A stretch of 63,910 nt of DNA, the filler included, from Octopus bimaculoides (lineage: Eukaryota), in the NCBI RefSeq assembly GCF_001194135.2. It is 5 parts of 5 records of this genome, joined end to end, with 100 filler letters (N's around TTAATTAATTAA, not from the genome) between each part and the next. Parts side by side here need not be neighbours in the genome. Positions count along the whole stretch, not along the records: positions 34,919 to 48,992 come from NC_068987.1; positions 49,093 to 62,364 come from NC_068992.1; 3 more parts are not named here. The stretch is one strand, 5' to 3'. Under the pieces are notes generated by a model that had not been told where the DNA came from, ran no database searches, and saw only the letters and a program-made list of their open reading frames with translations. The translations under genes were made by a program, and so were the position numbers. This document shows positions 37,477 to 51,961 of this stretch, piece after piece (position 1 is the stretch's first letter; each line of letters opens with the position of its first letter).

Positions 37477-38913
37477 CAAATGAAGGAAATTGTTGGATAT
37501 AGTGCTCAGGTGCACTACAGCTTAAATAAAGTCCATTAGGTGTACTGTTGACGGATTTCAGGAAGCATAGAAGTTATGAAGGATGTAGCGTCTTGACAGC
37601 TAACAACTGATGCGGGTAGTTTATTCAGTGCTTCACGAATTCTGAGCGTGAAAAAATGCTTCCGAAAGTCATGGGTACTGTGTTGCTTTTTGATTTTTAT
37701 AAGCGTGTGTTTGTCATATGGAATTCAAAAAGGTGCCCAAGGTTGTTGTTGGAAAGATGGTGGATAATCTTGTGGGTGGCTATCAAGTCAGTTGCCAGAC
37801 GTCTGAGCTTTAATGTTTTCATGCTCAGGGAATCAAGACACTCAGCGTATGGTAGATGTGTGACGGCAGGTATTTGTCTTGTGGCACATTTCTGAACAGT
37901 TTCCAGGAGATTTATATGCTGGGCAACGTAGGGGTTCCAGACTGGTGTTGCAAATTCCAAGTGTGGACTACCATTGTCGTATACAGTTTTACATAGATAG
38001 CTGGCGAGCGGCTGACAAAGGTCTTCCTGAGTGATGCTAGCACACCCTCAGCCTTCTTGACAGATGTGGTTTGTCCTACGCAGATCGTTGTTTACAATAA
38101 TGCCCAGATCATGTCTGCTAGAAGACTTCACGAGATTGGTGTTGCTGAGGGAGTATGCAAAGGCTGGATTTTCCCTCCCAAAATGCATGGTGACGCACTT
38201 GTCCACAGCTTGAGTTGCTAGTCAGAGATCCATCGCTGCATTGTATTCAGTTCTGATTGCAGAAAAGATCTATAGCGCACAGGGTCTGTTCTTTTTCTTT
38301 CGAGGTACAGCTTGATGTCATCTGCATATTTCAGTACTGTAACATACCTCAAGTTGGCACCTATATCATTAATATATGCAACAAACAGTAGGATTCCAAG
38401 AAGGGATCCCTGTGGCACACCAGAAGTCACATCGTAGGGTGAAGAATGATGTCCTAGAATCCGACCGAGAATGAAAGATTTCAGTCAGTTATAGAGATCA
38501 TCCTTCACACTCATTACAGAAAGTTTTATCATGATTCGTTTGTGTGGCACAGAGTTGAAGGCTTTAGCAAAACCAAGGTAGACAGCATCCGCCTATGAGC
38601 TACCATCATATCTTCGGTAATGACGTGGAGAAACTCGATGAGTTGACTACAGCACCTAGAGTTAGAGATAAAACCTATTTGTGATGATCGAATAAGGTTG
38701 TGAGAGCTCTAAAAGTTCCAGAATGTTTCTCTGACACAGGACTCCATCAGTTTGGCGATGCAGCCAGTAAAGCTGAGTGGAGGGTAGTTGACAGGTAATG
38801 TGAGATCACTTTTTTTTAGAACTGGGGAACGACACTGGCAATTTTCCATGGCTCTGGAGTGACTCAGTTGTTAAGACAGAAGTGAAAAAAGGAAGAAAGC
38901 TGGTGCAATATGC
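37470..38913 (-). mobile_element. CR1/L2-group LINE, 5'-truncated, RT to 3' end, degenerate
   Basis: Motifs include SGVPQGSLLGILLFVAYIND and KYADDIKLY (RT catalytic YADD), EFATPVWNPY..INLLETVQK.ATR and HFFTLR....NKLP; ends at a (TA)n tract. Confidence 0.92.
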
Positions 38914-38975
38914 GTTCCGTTTATCGGATCAACTGGAACCCTTGACATCGTAAGCGACGGAGTGCCAACAACAAC
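38913..38975 (+). mobile_element. Short 3' terminal piece of SINE family C
   Basis: gttccgtttatcggatcaactggaaccc...cgacggagtgcc followed by (aac)3 is the same tail as at 24500-24555 and 36386-36440. Confidence 0.75.
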
Positions 38976-39000
38976 TATCTATCTATCTATCTATCTATCC

Positions 39001-39038
<38 letters not shown>

Positions 39039-39045
39039 TTATCTA

Positions 39046-39081
<36 letters not shown>

Positions 39082-39084
39082 CCT

Positions 39085-39172
<88 letters not shown>

Positions 39173-39250
39173 ACACATAGATAGAGAGAGAGAGAGAGGG
39201 GGAGACAGAGGGAGGGATAAATAAATAAATAGATGGATGGATAGATAAAT
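38976..39250. repeat. Compound (TATC)n/(TGTC)n/(TA)n/(TG)n/(GA)n microsatellite
   Basis: Direct reading. Confidence 0.95.
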
Positions 39251-40179
39251 AAATGAGTGTGTGCTTATTAATGCGCACTCCGACACAGGGATGTACACTT
39301 CAAATACACACATACACACACGCACACAAGTATAAACTGCCATACTTTTATATGTGTATCTATTTATGTGTGCGCTCGTGTGTATGTGTGTGTGTGTGTG
39401 TTTGTGTGTGTTATGTCGGTTTGTATTTGGAAATCCATTTATGCATTAGTCACTTCAGGGACCTCATAACAGAAAGTTCCAAAAGACAACATCCTTCGAT
39501 CAATGCTTTCAATGGAATTGACCTCGAGGGAGTGTAAGTACTACGGTATCTAAGTTAGACTCTGAAAGTTTGTTGTCTATCGCTTGCTTCGAATTCGGCT
39601 ATCTTTTAACAACTTTAAATCACTAATGTAAAAGTGTATGGCATAAAAGTTCATCACAAGACAGACAGGCCACTTTTTTTCAACGAAAATTTAACTGGAG
39701 TTTATTTCCATCTGTGATTCCTGCAATAGTAGAGCTTTAATAGTGTCAATGTTTTCCTTCCTTCCGTCAAATAGCACACAAATGTGCAATTATATATCTT
39801 TCAATGATTAAAATTTGTTCTTTCGCGTTTTAAGTTGATGACAGTTGCAATGCTCTCCAGCTTTTATAAAATATAAATCTTGAAAATTTTGTGAACGCCT
39901 TGCCATACATGTCCCTGATTTAAGCTGCTTTTCGTGTTCAGGGATCTTATACAATTAAGTTACAGGAGTATTGTTAGGTACGAAAATTGTAATTAATAAC
40001 GATGACTGACCTATTAGTCCCCTTTTGCATTTTCATCATCCTTCCTCACAGAAATGTTCTTGTTATGCTTATGACTGTATCGTTGAAATTTCCTGTCCAT
40101 GCAAATAACACACATCGTTCAGTATCTAGTCAGATTTTCGCAAGCACCAACGCAAAGTAACAATATAAGACTCCCGTCA

Positions 40180-40218
<39 letters not shown>

Positions 40219-41510
40219 ACCACCACCACCACCACCACTACCATCACCATATATTTTGAATCAGAAAATATGCAAGTTTTATTTTGACGATTTTAAAATG
40301 CATATTTGGAAATATTTTCGAGAAATCAAAACCAGATTAAATATATTTATATATATGATCGAAAAAATTAATTAATCGTATAACCGAATTCCTAAACCGT
40401 ATGTAAGACATAGTTTTTGATGATATTAGAATTGTGACGAAAACTTTTATAGAATTGGGATCCCATTGTTATCATTAATTATGGACTAAAATATGGGTCT
40501 TAGTTGTTTATGGTTAGAAACAGAGGGGAATTAATTATATAAATAACATTGCAGAGCATGCATAAAAATAATTCATTCAGAAATAGAAAATCAACAGGTA
40601 AGCATAACATCAACCTTTACAGATTAAGATTCAATATCTACAGAAATATTAATACTTTCTTCAGCAGTATACATACCTTATAATATGGCTTTGATAGCAT
40701 ATTACTTAGAGAAAACATTCTGAGTGAATAAAAATACAACCGTGCTCTTAAATATACCTGAAATTTGATTTAAAACATCTCTTTTTACTTCTCTGTCTTT
40801 TAGAATAATATAATAGTTTCATGCCCATTTTCTCTCACATTTGAAATACGTACCTACGGTAATGTCATATAGTCTCTACGACAATGATCAGAAATAAGAA
40901 AGTGTTTGTATTGAAAAGGTTTACACAAAAATCTTCCCTCACAGTAACAACCCAGAAAAAGCACAGTTTTGGGCACACAAAAACGAAACAAAATTAATCA
41001 TGTTAATAAATATATGTTAATTATATCTATCAACACAAATATAATGGCATAATTTAAAAGCAAATTGATAAAATTACCAATGATATTGTACCACCACGGC
41101 CTTTAACAGCTAAGTGACAGAACAAAAATATCTGTGACTTAGAATGTAGAAATGAAGAAATTGAAACTCATTTTAGATACAATAATATACACTAAACTTT
41201 GGTGTATATTGAATTTAGTGACAAAACTAATTGTATCTAAAGAAGGCAACACTGAATGTTGTGCCCTTCCTTGACATGCAAGAAAAAGCGGTATGAATGT
41301 ATCTATTTTTTCATTCCTTTATGTTTCCCATCATTCAGTTATCTTCTAACTATGTATAAATATATGAAGATCTCCATGTATTTGGAGTGTGTGTCAGTGC
41401 TAGATTAAATGTATGCGTGCAAAGCAGTAGGTACGCCTACGTACATGTTAGATATTATGCAAAGCAATGAGTTTATTCCTTTACATTACGTGCATTGATT
41501 AACCAAGACA

Positions 41511-41687
41511 TATGTATACATATTTAGTTCCTTATACTTATATTTAGTTCCTTATACTTATATTTAGTTCCTTATACTTATATTTAGTTCCTTATATGTA
41601 TACATATTTAGTTCCTTATACTTATATTTAGTTCCTTATACTTATATTTAGTTCCTTATATGTATACATATTTAGTTCCTTATACTC
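41511..41687. repeat. Minisatellite of 20-bp and 24-bp unit variants
   Basis: A = tatttagttccttatactta and B = tatttagttccttatatgtataca, in the order (partial B) A A A B A A B A'. Confidence 0.95.
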
Positions 41688-41767
41688 ACACGCTGACACA
41701 AATATTCGTGTCCGTGTATGTCCAATTGAGTGCGTATGTTTTTATGAGTGTACATACTTGTTTGTCA

Positions 41768-41800
<33 letters not shown>

Positions 41801-42481
41801 TGCACACATACTCACACACATATATATATATGTACATATACACACAAGCACACATACGCGCGCACTCACGCACACACACACATACACACGGATGTACACA
41901 TCTGTACATGTATGTATAGGTATAATTATGTGTACGTGAAAATGTATTTCGAAAATTATGCATATATATTCGCATACATCCATACAGAGATAGGGTAATG
42001 TACGCAGATATGCTATAAATACACGAGGACGCTACTAAGTATGAATTTAAAATTTGTTATATATTTTATGTGTCTAAAATTTTAATCGACATTCGTTCCT
42101 GTTGAAAGCTTCCTAATGCCGCACTGGGAATTCTTCCGGCATTATACATTTGTCTTCTGCAGAAGATTTATTTCGATATTTCTAACATGCATGGAAATGT
42201 AACAGCGCTCTAGATGGCAGTAAGGGGGCGAGATTGTGCTGGTTAGGGTTGGACCTATTGTCAAAGAGAACATGCACGAAGAAGTGTACAATATTTATAA
42301 GATACGAAGCTTCCACCATAAATCCATAACACAGGAAATGGTTGGACTGCTTCGTAAACACGCTGTTGTTCATTGAATGCATTGACTTCAATCGATAATT
42401 TTTAGTAGTGTGTTTGTGTGTGTGTCTATGAATATGTGGTTGAGTGTGTGTGTGTGTGTGTGTGTCTATGAATATGTGGTT

Positions 42482-42534
<53 letters not shown>

Positions 42535-43399
42535 TATGAGTATGTGGTTGCATGTGTGTATGTGTGTGCCTTTAACTTTGAAATCGCAGTTATCATGTAT
42601 AGTAATTTCCCTTTCTCAACCATATACAATATATTGAGACTAGAGTCCGTTCTTAGAATTCTTAGTTTGAATCTATTAAATGTGTCGAATATCTTACTGT
42701 TTATAAAATATTTCTCCTTTCTTCACACATTGTGCCATTCCATTCATTTCGCACGTCTCTCTCAGCCTTTATCTATGTTTCACTCAATCCTCCTCTCTCA
42801 CTCTAATATATACATTTATACTCACACATATCTGTACATATTATACGTGTGTGTGTGTGTGTGTGTGTGTGTTCATCTTATTCTCTCGATATCTTATTGG
42901 CTGCAATGTTTAGATTGTGCCCAAGTTTGTGTACTGCCTTCAAGAATGTTGTTCTTTAAATCGACCACAATGCATTTTCTGGTACATACTTTACAAACAA
43001 CGTCATATAGGAAAGCAAATTTGACATTTGTTTGAAGTATATAACGGTTATAAAAAAATGCGTGTGTGTGTGTGTGTGTATTTTTCTATGTGGTCACGTG
43101 TTTATATATACGCGTGGATGCGTGCATGCGTATGGATAGTGAAGAGATGCGTTTGTAAATGAAGAATGGAAACTAACGACATAGTATGGTTTCTATATTT
43201 TAGAACTGTATATGCCAAACTCATTGCGAAATTTTCAAACATTTCAGAACTAGAAACAGTGGGGTAACATTTATGCAAAATATATTAGTAAACGCACCGA
43301 AATATGATGAGTTATCGAGATTTACTAGATTGCTATTGATATCCTGTGTTCTTGCGCAGCAATCAAATTTCTTCATTTCTTTTTACATATTTCACATTT

Positions 43400-43807
43400 A
43401 GGCGCAAGGGAATCTGTGTGGTAAGACGTTTGCTTCCCAGTTACATGGTTCCGGGTCCATTCCCACTGCATGGCTCCTTGGGTAAGTGTTTCCTACTATA
43501 TCACCAGGCTGACCAAAGCCTTGTGAGTGGATTTGGTAGATAGCAACTAAAAGAAGCCCGTCGAATATTTATATGTGTGTGTGTTTGTGTTTGTGTTTGT
43601 CCCCCACCACCGCGTGACTACCGATGTTGGTGTATTGACGTCATTGCAACTTAATGATCCAGCAAAAGAGAATGATGGAATAAGTACCAATCTTAAAAAA
43701 AAAAAAAAACATGTAACGAGACAGATTCAGTCGACTAAAAGTTCTTCTAAAAGCGGTGTCCCAGCATGGCCGCAGTTTAATGACTGAAACAAATAAAAGA
43801 TGAAAAA
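43400..43807 (+). mobile_element. SINE family A
   Basis: Collinear with 62678-63085, including a short internal TA/TG tract and the cagtttaatgactgaaac tail. Confidence 0.88.
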
Positions 43808-45349
43808 TAGATGATATTCACTTTCTTTTGAGAGAAACATAACCATCTCGTGTGAATGACTGTGTGGTTTCTGACGATTCTTAAACATTAGTACCTGGTC
43901 GATTAAACTTCATCATCCCATGTCTGTGTGAAATAGACTCTACCAGCATTCTTGGTGGATCAGTACACTACAATTTTCATGGTGTTACGTAATTGTTTTA
44001 ATCTTACATTGAAGATCATAACTTTGTCGTGCAAGTAGATGTATTATGGCAGGCAGCCAGAGACATCGTGGTTATCGGTTCTTCTATACTTACACATATT
44101 CTGAAGTTACATTCTGTATTCTGCTTCCTTAAATTTATTTTAGTGATTTCTGGAAATCGATCTTGGATCTTGTGCCGCAATAAAAAATGCTTCAGTTTCA
44201 GGTTTGACTTCTATTCTTATAAGAGTGTGTTGCCGACCTTGTCTGCATGCCCTGAGCTCAACCTTTTCTGTTATTGACAATTTAATTTCCTTTTTCCTTT
44301 TTGTTATTACTTTAACATACTATACGATAGTCATATTTTTCTCTTAAATTGTAAAACGCTTGCATTTCCTGGTGCTGATTCAGTCTGTGTTTTACATATG
44401 TTAGCTTCGTCGAAGACCGAAAACGTAGTTCTGTTCGTGTTTCGTAACTCCCCTTATATTTTCTATTACTCTTTACTGGATATTTTTATGGTTGAGCATT
44501 TGATATTATATAATAGTTACTTCTTGCATAATGTTCATAACTCCTTCTATTCGTGGTAAATATAATCTTTCTATATCAGATTTTGGGTGTATAAGATTGG
44601 TGCTATATTCTATGCTCACCGTGACAATAGTAAATTCTCCATAATTCCAAACAGCGAGGGGATCTCATTGCTTCACTTAATCTGCTCCCTGAAATTATAT
44701 GCAGCCATCTCGAAATATGGTGATGTATTATAGTACAATCTTAAACTGGTTGTGCTTTACACGATGAATAATGGGATAGACATGACTGGAGCATATTTAA
44801 TCTGCTTCATTTCAATGAAGATTGATTTGAGGACAAAGCATCAGCACCAACGTTTTCTTCGAGTCCACGACAGTAATGTTTGACTCCAGAACAAACTTAA
44901 TGAAGAACCAAGAAAATGTATAACCTAATGAAAATCTAATATACAAGCTGTTCATACTATTTTTTAAAAACTTATTGCTTTCCTCTGCTCTAAATTATAG
45001 ATGATAATAGCTAACAAAAGTTTAAAATTGAAACAAATTATAACATTATTTCTAATTTTATTGTTTGTGCAAACATAATAACCAGTATTACGTCTGATAC
45101 TTAGACTTTTCTTTAAAATTATTCATCTAATAGCTAATTTCTTTTCTTTAAAACCGTTAAGTCTGTTAGTTAAAACACTTTTGTGAGTGTATGTGTGTGC
45201 GTGTGCGTGCGCGTGTAAATTTCGCTCCTCTTAAAATACTTTTAATATCACAAAAACATTTGTGGAAAATGAGACGGTTGTAGAGAAATTAATCAGTAGC
45301 GAGACGCTGCAATGATGGTCTCACATGTACTGGTTTACTTTGTGCCCAT

Positions 45350-45540
45350 AGAAATTGACAATCGCCCTTTCTCAGAAATCCTGAGGGAGAGCGTAGTTGT
45401 CTAAGATGAGGGCAAACAGCTGGGTAAGAAATGCAGTGATGATATGAGTACCTAAGTTGTACATTTCCTCAGAAGATATACCTTCTGCATCAGAGGTTTC
45501 ACAGGTTTGTAACTTCAACATTTCATGTAAGTGGCTCAAC
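45350..45540 (-). mobile_element. Old non-LTR retrotransposon RT fragment
   Basis: KLQTCETSDAEGISSEEMYNLG..I...LTQLFALILD...LPQDF resembles the K...G.DGI..E.L....LF..I....LP.D segment N-terminal to LINE RT domain 1. Confidence 0.45.
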
Positions 45541-46816
45541 TTCCCAATGATGTTATTCTTAAATAGGTGAGAGAGGATAAGCATATGAAATTAAGGATCC
45601 ACCTTGAGTAATGACCCAGAAGTGTTGTCTCCCCATCCTGACTATATATACTTTTAGACTCTAATCAATGTTTGGCTATTATTATAATAGATATCCATGC
45701 ATTCTTTAGATGTTGGACCATGGTCCACATTCAGATCGTCGTAGAAAATAACTTTATGTCATTCCTTTCCCTAAAATCTTGCCAGTCTACCATTGACTCT
45801 TCATTATATACACCTAATGCGGTGGAATGTGCTCTTCGGCACCAGTTGCCATTCAACAAATTCTGTTCAGAATGTATTAAAGAACAGGAGGCTATCGTAG
45901 AAGACTTGTGGTTAAAGTGCTACGCAGTGGAATGAAACAAGAACCTCATAGGTACAAAGAGGACCTTATGCCCGTATGATACGTATCAAGAAGGAAAAGA
46001 AACAAATAATGCAGAATATGAGTTATCAGTTATAGACATTAACAAGTAATAGTAAAAAACTGAAGCAACATTTACGGAGGATAAGATAATAGCTGGGTAA
46101 ACAGCAAATGAAAATACAATCGGAAAAGTAAAACAAATTCTAAGACATAACAAAATCTATCGAAATAAGTGTTTATAGATTCTTGGTTATTCTACATGAA
46201 ATATGTATGTACATATATATATATATATATATATATANNNNNNNNNNNNNNNNNNNNNNNNNNNNNNNNNNNNNNNNNNNNNNNNNNNNNNNNNNNNNNN
46301 NNNNNNNNNNNNNNNNNNNNNNNNNNNNNNNNNNNNNNNNNNNNNNNNNNNNNNNNNNNNNNNNNNNNNNNNNNNNNNNNNNNNNNNNNNNNNNNNNNNN
46401 NNNNNNNNNNNNNNNNNNNNNNNNNNNNNNNNNNNNNNNNNNNNNNNNNNNNNNNNNNNNNNNNNNNNNNNNNNNNNNNNNNNNNNNNNNNNNNNNNNNN
46501 NNNNNNNNNNNNNNNNNNNNNNNNNNNNNNNNNNNNNNNNNNNNNNNNNNNNNNNNNNNNNNNNNNNNNNNNNNNNNNNNNNNNNNNNNNNNNNNNNNNN
46601 NNNNNNNNNNNNNNNNNNNNNNNNNNNNNNNNNNNNNNNNNNNNNNNNNNNNNNNNNNNNNNNNNNNNNNNNNNNNNNNNNNNNNNNNNNNNNNNNNNNN
46701 NNNNNNNNNNNNNNNNNNNNNNNNNNNNNNNNNNNNNNNNNNNNNNNNNNNNNNNNNNNNNNNNNNNNNNNNNNNNNNNNNNNNNNNNNNNNNNNNNNNN
46801 NNNNNNNNNNNNNNNA

Positions 46817-48195
46817 TGCAGCAGAGCCCTTGATATATGAAAAACGATGCACAAAAAAGAAAATTTATCTTCATAAAAATAATGTGAATGCGAGACTACA
46901 GATGGACACAGGTAATGGTATCACGATAATTAACGATGATACATGGAGAAAAACAGGAAAGCCTACATTGAAAAAAACTCGGAAAATTGCACGTGGTATT
47001 CTAGGGAAACAATTGCGACTTTTGAGGGAAATGATAAGTGAGGTGACATTTCGTGGAAAAACTTTGAAAGCCAAAGTCTTTTTTATTAGAAAATACGATA
47101 AACCTATTTGGCACAGACTGGATGGAAATATTTAATTTATAGGAACACCCCATAAATATTTTTTGTAATAATGTAAACGGTTCTTAAGCCAGTCCAATTA
47201 AGGCATCGGAAGATTTAAAAAAGAAATTATAAAAGATCTTTCCTGATGTTTTGTTTTCTTAAGAATTAGGTAGGTGCACCAAGACAAAAGTAAAATTTCA
47301 AGTGAATGAAAACGCTGTATGGGTATTTAAACCGAAGCGAGCTGTACCTTTCCAACGAGGAATTGGATAGATTTGAAAAGTTGGGAGTTATAGAAAAAAA
47401 TTGATTATTCAGAATGGGTATCACCAACGGTTTATATAAAGAAAAAATATAAAATACGAGTATGCACTAACTTTTCAACAAGCTTGAGCAAATGTTTGAT
47501 GACATACCATTACCTATTAAGAAGTCCGGAGGAAATTTTTTTTCAAAGCTGGACTAGTCGGAGGCGTATTTACAGTTACAAGTCGAGGAGGAGTCGAGGA
47601 GGATTGTTCGAAATTATCAACGATAAGCACCCATAAAGGTTTATATAAATTCAATCGACTTCATTTTAGAATAAAGGTGGCACCTAGTATTTTCCAACAG
47701 GTGATGCACACTATGTTTGTCGATACGCATTTCGCTATAGCTTACTTGGATGACATACTCATAAGAAGTAAGTCTCGAGTCCAGCACGAGGAACATGTTA
47801 AAAAGGTCTCTGAAAAAATAAAGGAGTATGGATCTAAATTTAGCGAGGACAAATGCAAATTTTTCATGCCAGAAATAAAGTATTTATCAATAAAATAGCC
47901 GTAGGCCAGATCCTTCAAGATCGACGGCAATAAAAAATATGCCTCCCTCCAAAAATTTTACAACGTTACAAGCGTTCTTGGGGCTTGCAAACTATTACCA
48001 AACATATATACCAAATATGCATGAGCTAAGAGCACCCCTAAACAACATATTAAAAAAATACGCCAAAAAGTGTTCGAAGAAATTAAAAAAAAATTTAACA
48101 TCGAAATTGTCATTATTGCACTTTGATCCAATTCTTAAAATAGCAATAGCACCGGATGCCAGCGAAAGTTAATTAGGAGCGATAATTTATATGTG
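46817..48195 (+). mobile_element. Ty3/Gypsy LTR retrotransposon pol remnant (protease, RT, start of RNase H)
   Basis: Motifs include LQMDTG (aspartic protease), APSIFQQVM, AIAYLDDILI (YLDD), LQAFLGLANYY and LLHFDP....IA.DAS, with many frameshifts. The 5' side is lost in an N gap; no LTRs seen. Confidence 0.92.
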
Positions 48196-49092
48196 TGTGT
48201 GTGTATACATGCATATATGTATGTATGTATATATGTCTGTGTGTTTGTCTTTGTGTGTACTTACACAAATTATGTTAAAGACATGACTATATTCGGTATT
48301 CGGAGACTTAACTCAGTTGTAAAGGGTTTTCACATTTCTTTGCTCTTCCTTTATGGTTTATTTGAAGTAATAGCGTTCCGAAATCTATTATCGCTTCATG
48401 ATGTCTGTCACATCCTCTGGCTAGAATTATATTGATGCACCCGAGTTATTAATGTGCTTTGCTGTAGGCCGCAAAATATCATGGAATTACTATTATAATT
48501 GACGAAAATCAGCAACATTTTATTTCACTTTTAAAGAAAAACACTCAGTAAAAAGTAGTGGTAATAGCTACTATGGAGTTTTTACTAACGCCATACTTAC
48601 GAAATACTAACGAAAATTCAATATAGACCTAACATTCATGAAATAGCCTTCAAAATATATCAAGTGTTAACTGTTAGTCGAATAATTTAAATGAAATCAT
48701 TTCTTGCGCTGAGGATTATATCAGATATCATAGAACTCCCATGAAAGCTTGCGATCCAATAAATGTATCACGAACACATCATACGACTATGTTGTGATTA
48801 TATATAGAAATAGACATACGTAGACCATATAGCTGACAATAATGGAGCATGACTCTCACTATTGTAAAACTGTAAAATTGTAAATATTGCAAATAATAAA
48901 ACAGGAAAATCAAACTAAGTTGGAATTTCATTCATTAATATATTCGTCTACACACAATCATACAAACTCGGATATATATATATATATATATANNNNNNNN
49001 NNNNNNNNNNNNNNNNNNNNNNNNNNNNNNNNNNNNTTAATTAATTAANNNNNNNNNNNNNNNNNNNNNNNNNNNNNNNNNNNNNNNNNNNN

Positions 49093-49125
<33 letters not shown>

Positions 49126-49689
49126 CATATATATATATATATATGTATATTAAGTGTGAGTGTATGTGTGTTTGTGTTTATGCATAGTTATAAGTATATG
49201 TGTGTTTGTGTACTGGCATCTGTGTGTGTGTGTACATTTGTCGTTAAAAACTTCCTATTTAAACAATGAATAACTAACATTATATCAGTTTGAAAACCTC
49301 TTTTAAGCGAAACTCCTATCACAGTCACTTTTGTAAACACCTAATAACTTATAAACATCTAAATATTAAAGTGGATATATGTGTACGTACATATATATAT
49401 GTATCCACACAGACACGCACACACACACATAAACACTCACACAAACATATTGGGAGGAAAATGTACTTACATATGTATACGTACGTGTATGTGTGTGTGT
49501 TTGTGTGTGTGTGTGTTTATGTGTGCGTGTGTATGTATGTTCTTGGTTATTGGCTACATACTTGCTCATTGTTAGTGAAATTTGTTACATGTGCACATTT
49601 TTCCAAGAAAATGTTCAAAGATTATGTGTCCCTTTTCTAAAATTTTCTCATACTTTTACCCAGTTAACAACATCAGACTAATAGAAATG

Positions 49690-50069
49690 CATTGAATAAA
49701 AGAATCTCGAGTTGTTAGTGACATGTTAGAAAAAGTATTCTCAAATAATCATCTGCATTTCAATGACAATAAATGGATGCAAGAGAGAGCAATACTCGCC
49801 GCAGTAAATGAAACGGAAAACGAGATGCAACAAAAGATTTTAAAATCTTCCACAGGAATCCATTACGTCTAACTCCAATAAAGTTCTCCTTGAATCATTT
49901 TCTGAATTTCTTAGTAATACCACTTCTGTATGTTTGGATACACAGATTTCCAAGATTTGTAGCATCGTTACAAAGCAATCTATCCTAAATATAGTTAATT
50001 AATGTGTGTGTATTTATTATTATTATATTGCTTGAATAAACCATGCCACGGACAACTACATCTGCTAGT
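49690..50069 (+). mobile_element. Helitron PIF1-like helicase fragment with a possible CTAG 3' end
   Basis: 49723-49857 translates MLEKVFSNNHLHFNDNKWMQERAILAAVNE, matching the Helitron helicase W..ERAILA.KN motif. CTAG at 50065-50068 is only a tentative terminus. Confidence 0.55.
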
Positions 50070-50526
50070 TCACATTAAGCTGAAATAATTTGGCGTAACA
50101 ATATATAGATGATATCACGCATCGGTTAATAAATGTTCACAAGAGAATAACTGGGTTAGTGGCATGTTGATTAAAATTGATTCTCTTGTTATGTGTTATG
50201 GATACTTTTCCAATATCAGTTGGAAAGTTACGAATTTAAATAGGTGAATCACAGGTAATTTTAACACCAACAATAAGCGAATGAAATAAAAGTGCCGATT
50301 CAGGCGGCACAAATTTAAAGAGCAAATTTAAATAATATATTTGACTGATGCACTTTGTTGATACGAGGTGAACAAAGAAAAATTTACAATACATGATGGA
50401 TTATAAATCGTTCATATTTTGGGGCAGGTACACAAAATATGTTTTGTTCTTTAAGCACGGTTAGTGTCTCGATTCATCAGTAACTTACATTGTATAACAC
50501 AGCCATGCCAATATAATAAACAGTTT

Positions 50527-50738
50527 AAAGGCGGTGAGCTGGCAGAATTATTAGCACGCCGGGCGAAATGCTTAGCATGTCTCGTCTGTCTCTACATTCT
50601 GAGTTCAAATTCTTCCGAGGTCGATTTTCCCTTCATTCTTTCGGGTTGATAAATTAAGTACCAGTTGCGTACTGGGATCGATCTAATCGACCGGCTCCCT
50701 CCCCCAAATTTTCGGGCCTTCCGCCTAGAGTAGAAAAG
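50527..50738 (+). mobile_element. SINE family B with a 17-bp target-site duplication
   Basis: A and B boxes are present; aatataataaacagttt occurs at 50510-50526 and 50739-50755. Confidence 0.92.
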
Positions 50739-50767
50739 AATATAATAAACAGTTTTAATAATAGTTT

Positions 50768-50977
50768 CAATGTTTGGCGCTAGGCCAGTAAGTTCGTGGG
50801 AGAGAAGTAGTCGATTAAATCGATCACAATATTCAACTGGTACTTATTTTATGGAGCCCGAAATAATGAAATGCGAAGTCAAACACGGTGGCATTTGAAC
50901 ACAGAACGTAAAGGTGGATGAAATGCTGCAAAACATTTTGCAGGCGTGCTAACGATTCGGTCAGCTCACCCCCTTAA
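50768..50977 (-). mobile_element. SINE family B, diverged, inverted relative to its neighbour
   Basis: Reverse complement reads ggggtgagctgaccgaatcgttagcacgcc ... gtgttcaaatgcc and is collinear with the 50527 copy. Confidence 0.8.
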
Positions 50978-51573
50978 ATAGTCTTCGTATTACTGATTTG
51001 ACCGGCTTGTGACAGTAAAATTTTTTATATGCTTATTTATACAGGGAAAAATACCATTTACTTTATAGCCACGCGAATGTGCTAACGACGTCTCACGTGA
51101 ATGCACGAGAGAGGTCGAGTGGAAGGATATTTCATTCCCGTAGCTACATTTTACGTAGGCTGGTTCAATTTTTACGTACGGATGGTGGTATCATATAAGA
51201 TCATCAAAAACTGCTGGTTTAATTGTGTTGTATCTCTAATTATCAGTTATGCATGAATTGGTATTTCGAAAATGAAGTTCATCGTTAGGTGGGAATAATT
51301 CCCAGGGAATATTCACAGAAATTACACCGAAGACAGCGATTTACTAATGAAGGAGACGCTGAATACAATTTCCTTTCTGTATTACTTGTCACATAAATGT
51401 CAGCTGGGTTCCACAGCTTCTGCAGGGTTTGCCATAATCGTGAAATCCATATGGTAAACAATCCACTTCTACTTGGTTACAAAACCTGCTAGAAAGAGAG
51501 AACGAAGTTTGTATGAGATCAAGAGCGTGTCGTATTTAACGAAGCCCAGAATATATTCTATCTCTCACTCTTG

Positions 51574-51626
<53 letters not shown>

Positions 51627-51910
51627 CTTTTCACAAACATATATGTAAGTATACATTTATGTATGTGACTATGTATATTTGTATGTATCTGTATGTATAT
51701 ATAATAAAAGTCAGGGCACAATATGTACCTGTTTGCTTGAAAGAGGAGTTAAAACCCTTTTTTGATTATGAAGGGTTTTACCGCCTCTTTCAAGCAAACA
51801 TATTGTACCGTCACTTTTCATTATATATTTTGCTTATTTCAATTGTTTGCTAGCCATTTTATAATTATTCTTATAGATAATGATAACTTACTTGAATTTT
51901 AAATTTATAT

Positions 51911-51958
<48 letters not shown>

Positions 51959-51961
<3 letters not shown>

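Noticed and set aside
41511-41687. CRISPR-like regularly spaced repeat
   Set aside because: Units are directly adjacent with no unique spacers, there are no cas genes, and the context is eukaryotic.
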